64,000 nucleotides of DNA from Rhizodiscina lignyota (lineage: Eukaryota): positions 186,001-250,000 of the forward strand of contig ML978121.1 of NCBI GenBank assembly GCA_010015805.1, in the 5' to 3' direction. Of this stretch, positions 63,801 through 64,000 are shown piece after piece. The first letter of the stretch is position 1; every line of letters starts with the position of its first letter. The notes under the pieces are model-generated. The model ran no database searches. It saw only the letters and a program-made list of their open reading frames with translations, and had not been told where the DNA came from. The position numbers were made by a program, and so were the translations under genes.

Positions 63801-64000
63801 CCCTGTCGTGAGGATTGCAGACGGCGCAGACGCATTCGTGAAGTCAGAATTGCATCGGCGGCGTGGTTGTGTAGTGGCAGTGAGCGGAAGCCTGCAGCTG
63901 TTATTGAAGTATGTAGCGCTGTTTTGAAAGCAGTTTGACGTTGCACAGACGACTTCGACGTGCTCGCCTCAGCAGCTGCAGCGGCGATGTGGGCGAGTGT

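Noticed and set aside
1..64000. tRNA, 5S rRNA, intact transposase/RT genes, secondary-metabolite cluster
   Set aside because: None recognised by eye, and there is no PKS/NRPS near the laccase. A tRNAscan/Infernal run would be needed to exclude small RNAs.

Overview
Gene-dense nuclear DNA from a filamentous ascomycete (Pezizomycotina), judged from short GT-AG introns with CTAAC/CTGAC branch sites and fungal-type orthologues. Conserved genes, in order: flavohemoglobin (3' end outside the window), a small membrane protein, SEC3, an SRP40/Nopp140-like nucleolar protein, a Gfo/Idh/MocA oxidoreductase, an EngB/YihA-type GTPase head-to-head with FMC1, a dynamin-like (SLIP-GC-type) GTPase, an aquaporin, nudF/LIS1 head-to-head with STU2/alpA (XMAP215), a secreted Thr-rich protein, a laccase, KGD1, TFB1 and a small hypothetical. 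Between them lie lineage-specific or decayed sequences: a frameshifted IFI6/IFI27-like gene, a broken SNF2-like relic, an MFS transporter relic, two dispersed paralogous coding relics, and a divergent pair of orphan ORFs sharing a CGH/Cys motif. The most unusual signal is a cryptic, very degenerate intergenic repeat with ~55-bp subunits and a 165-bp higher-order period. It occurs at three or more separate loci (~2.6-3.1, ~14.9-15.2 and ~34.8-35.05 kb) and its copies differ mostly by transitions. All calls come from reading the sequence by eye; no database searches were run.
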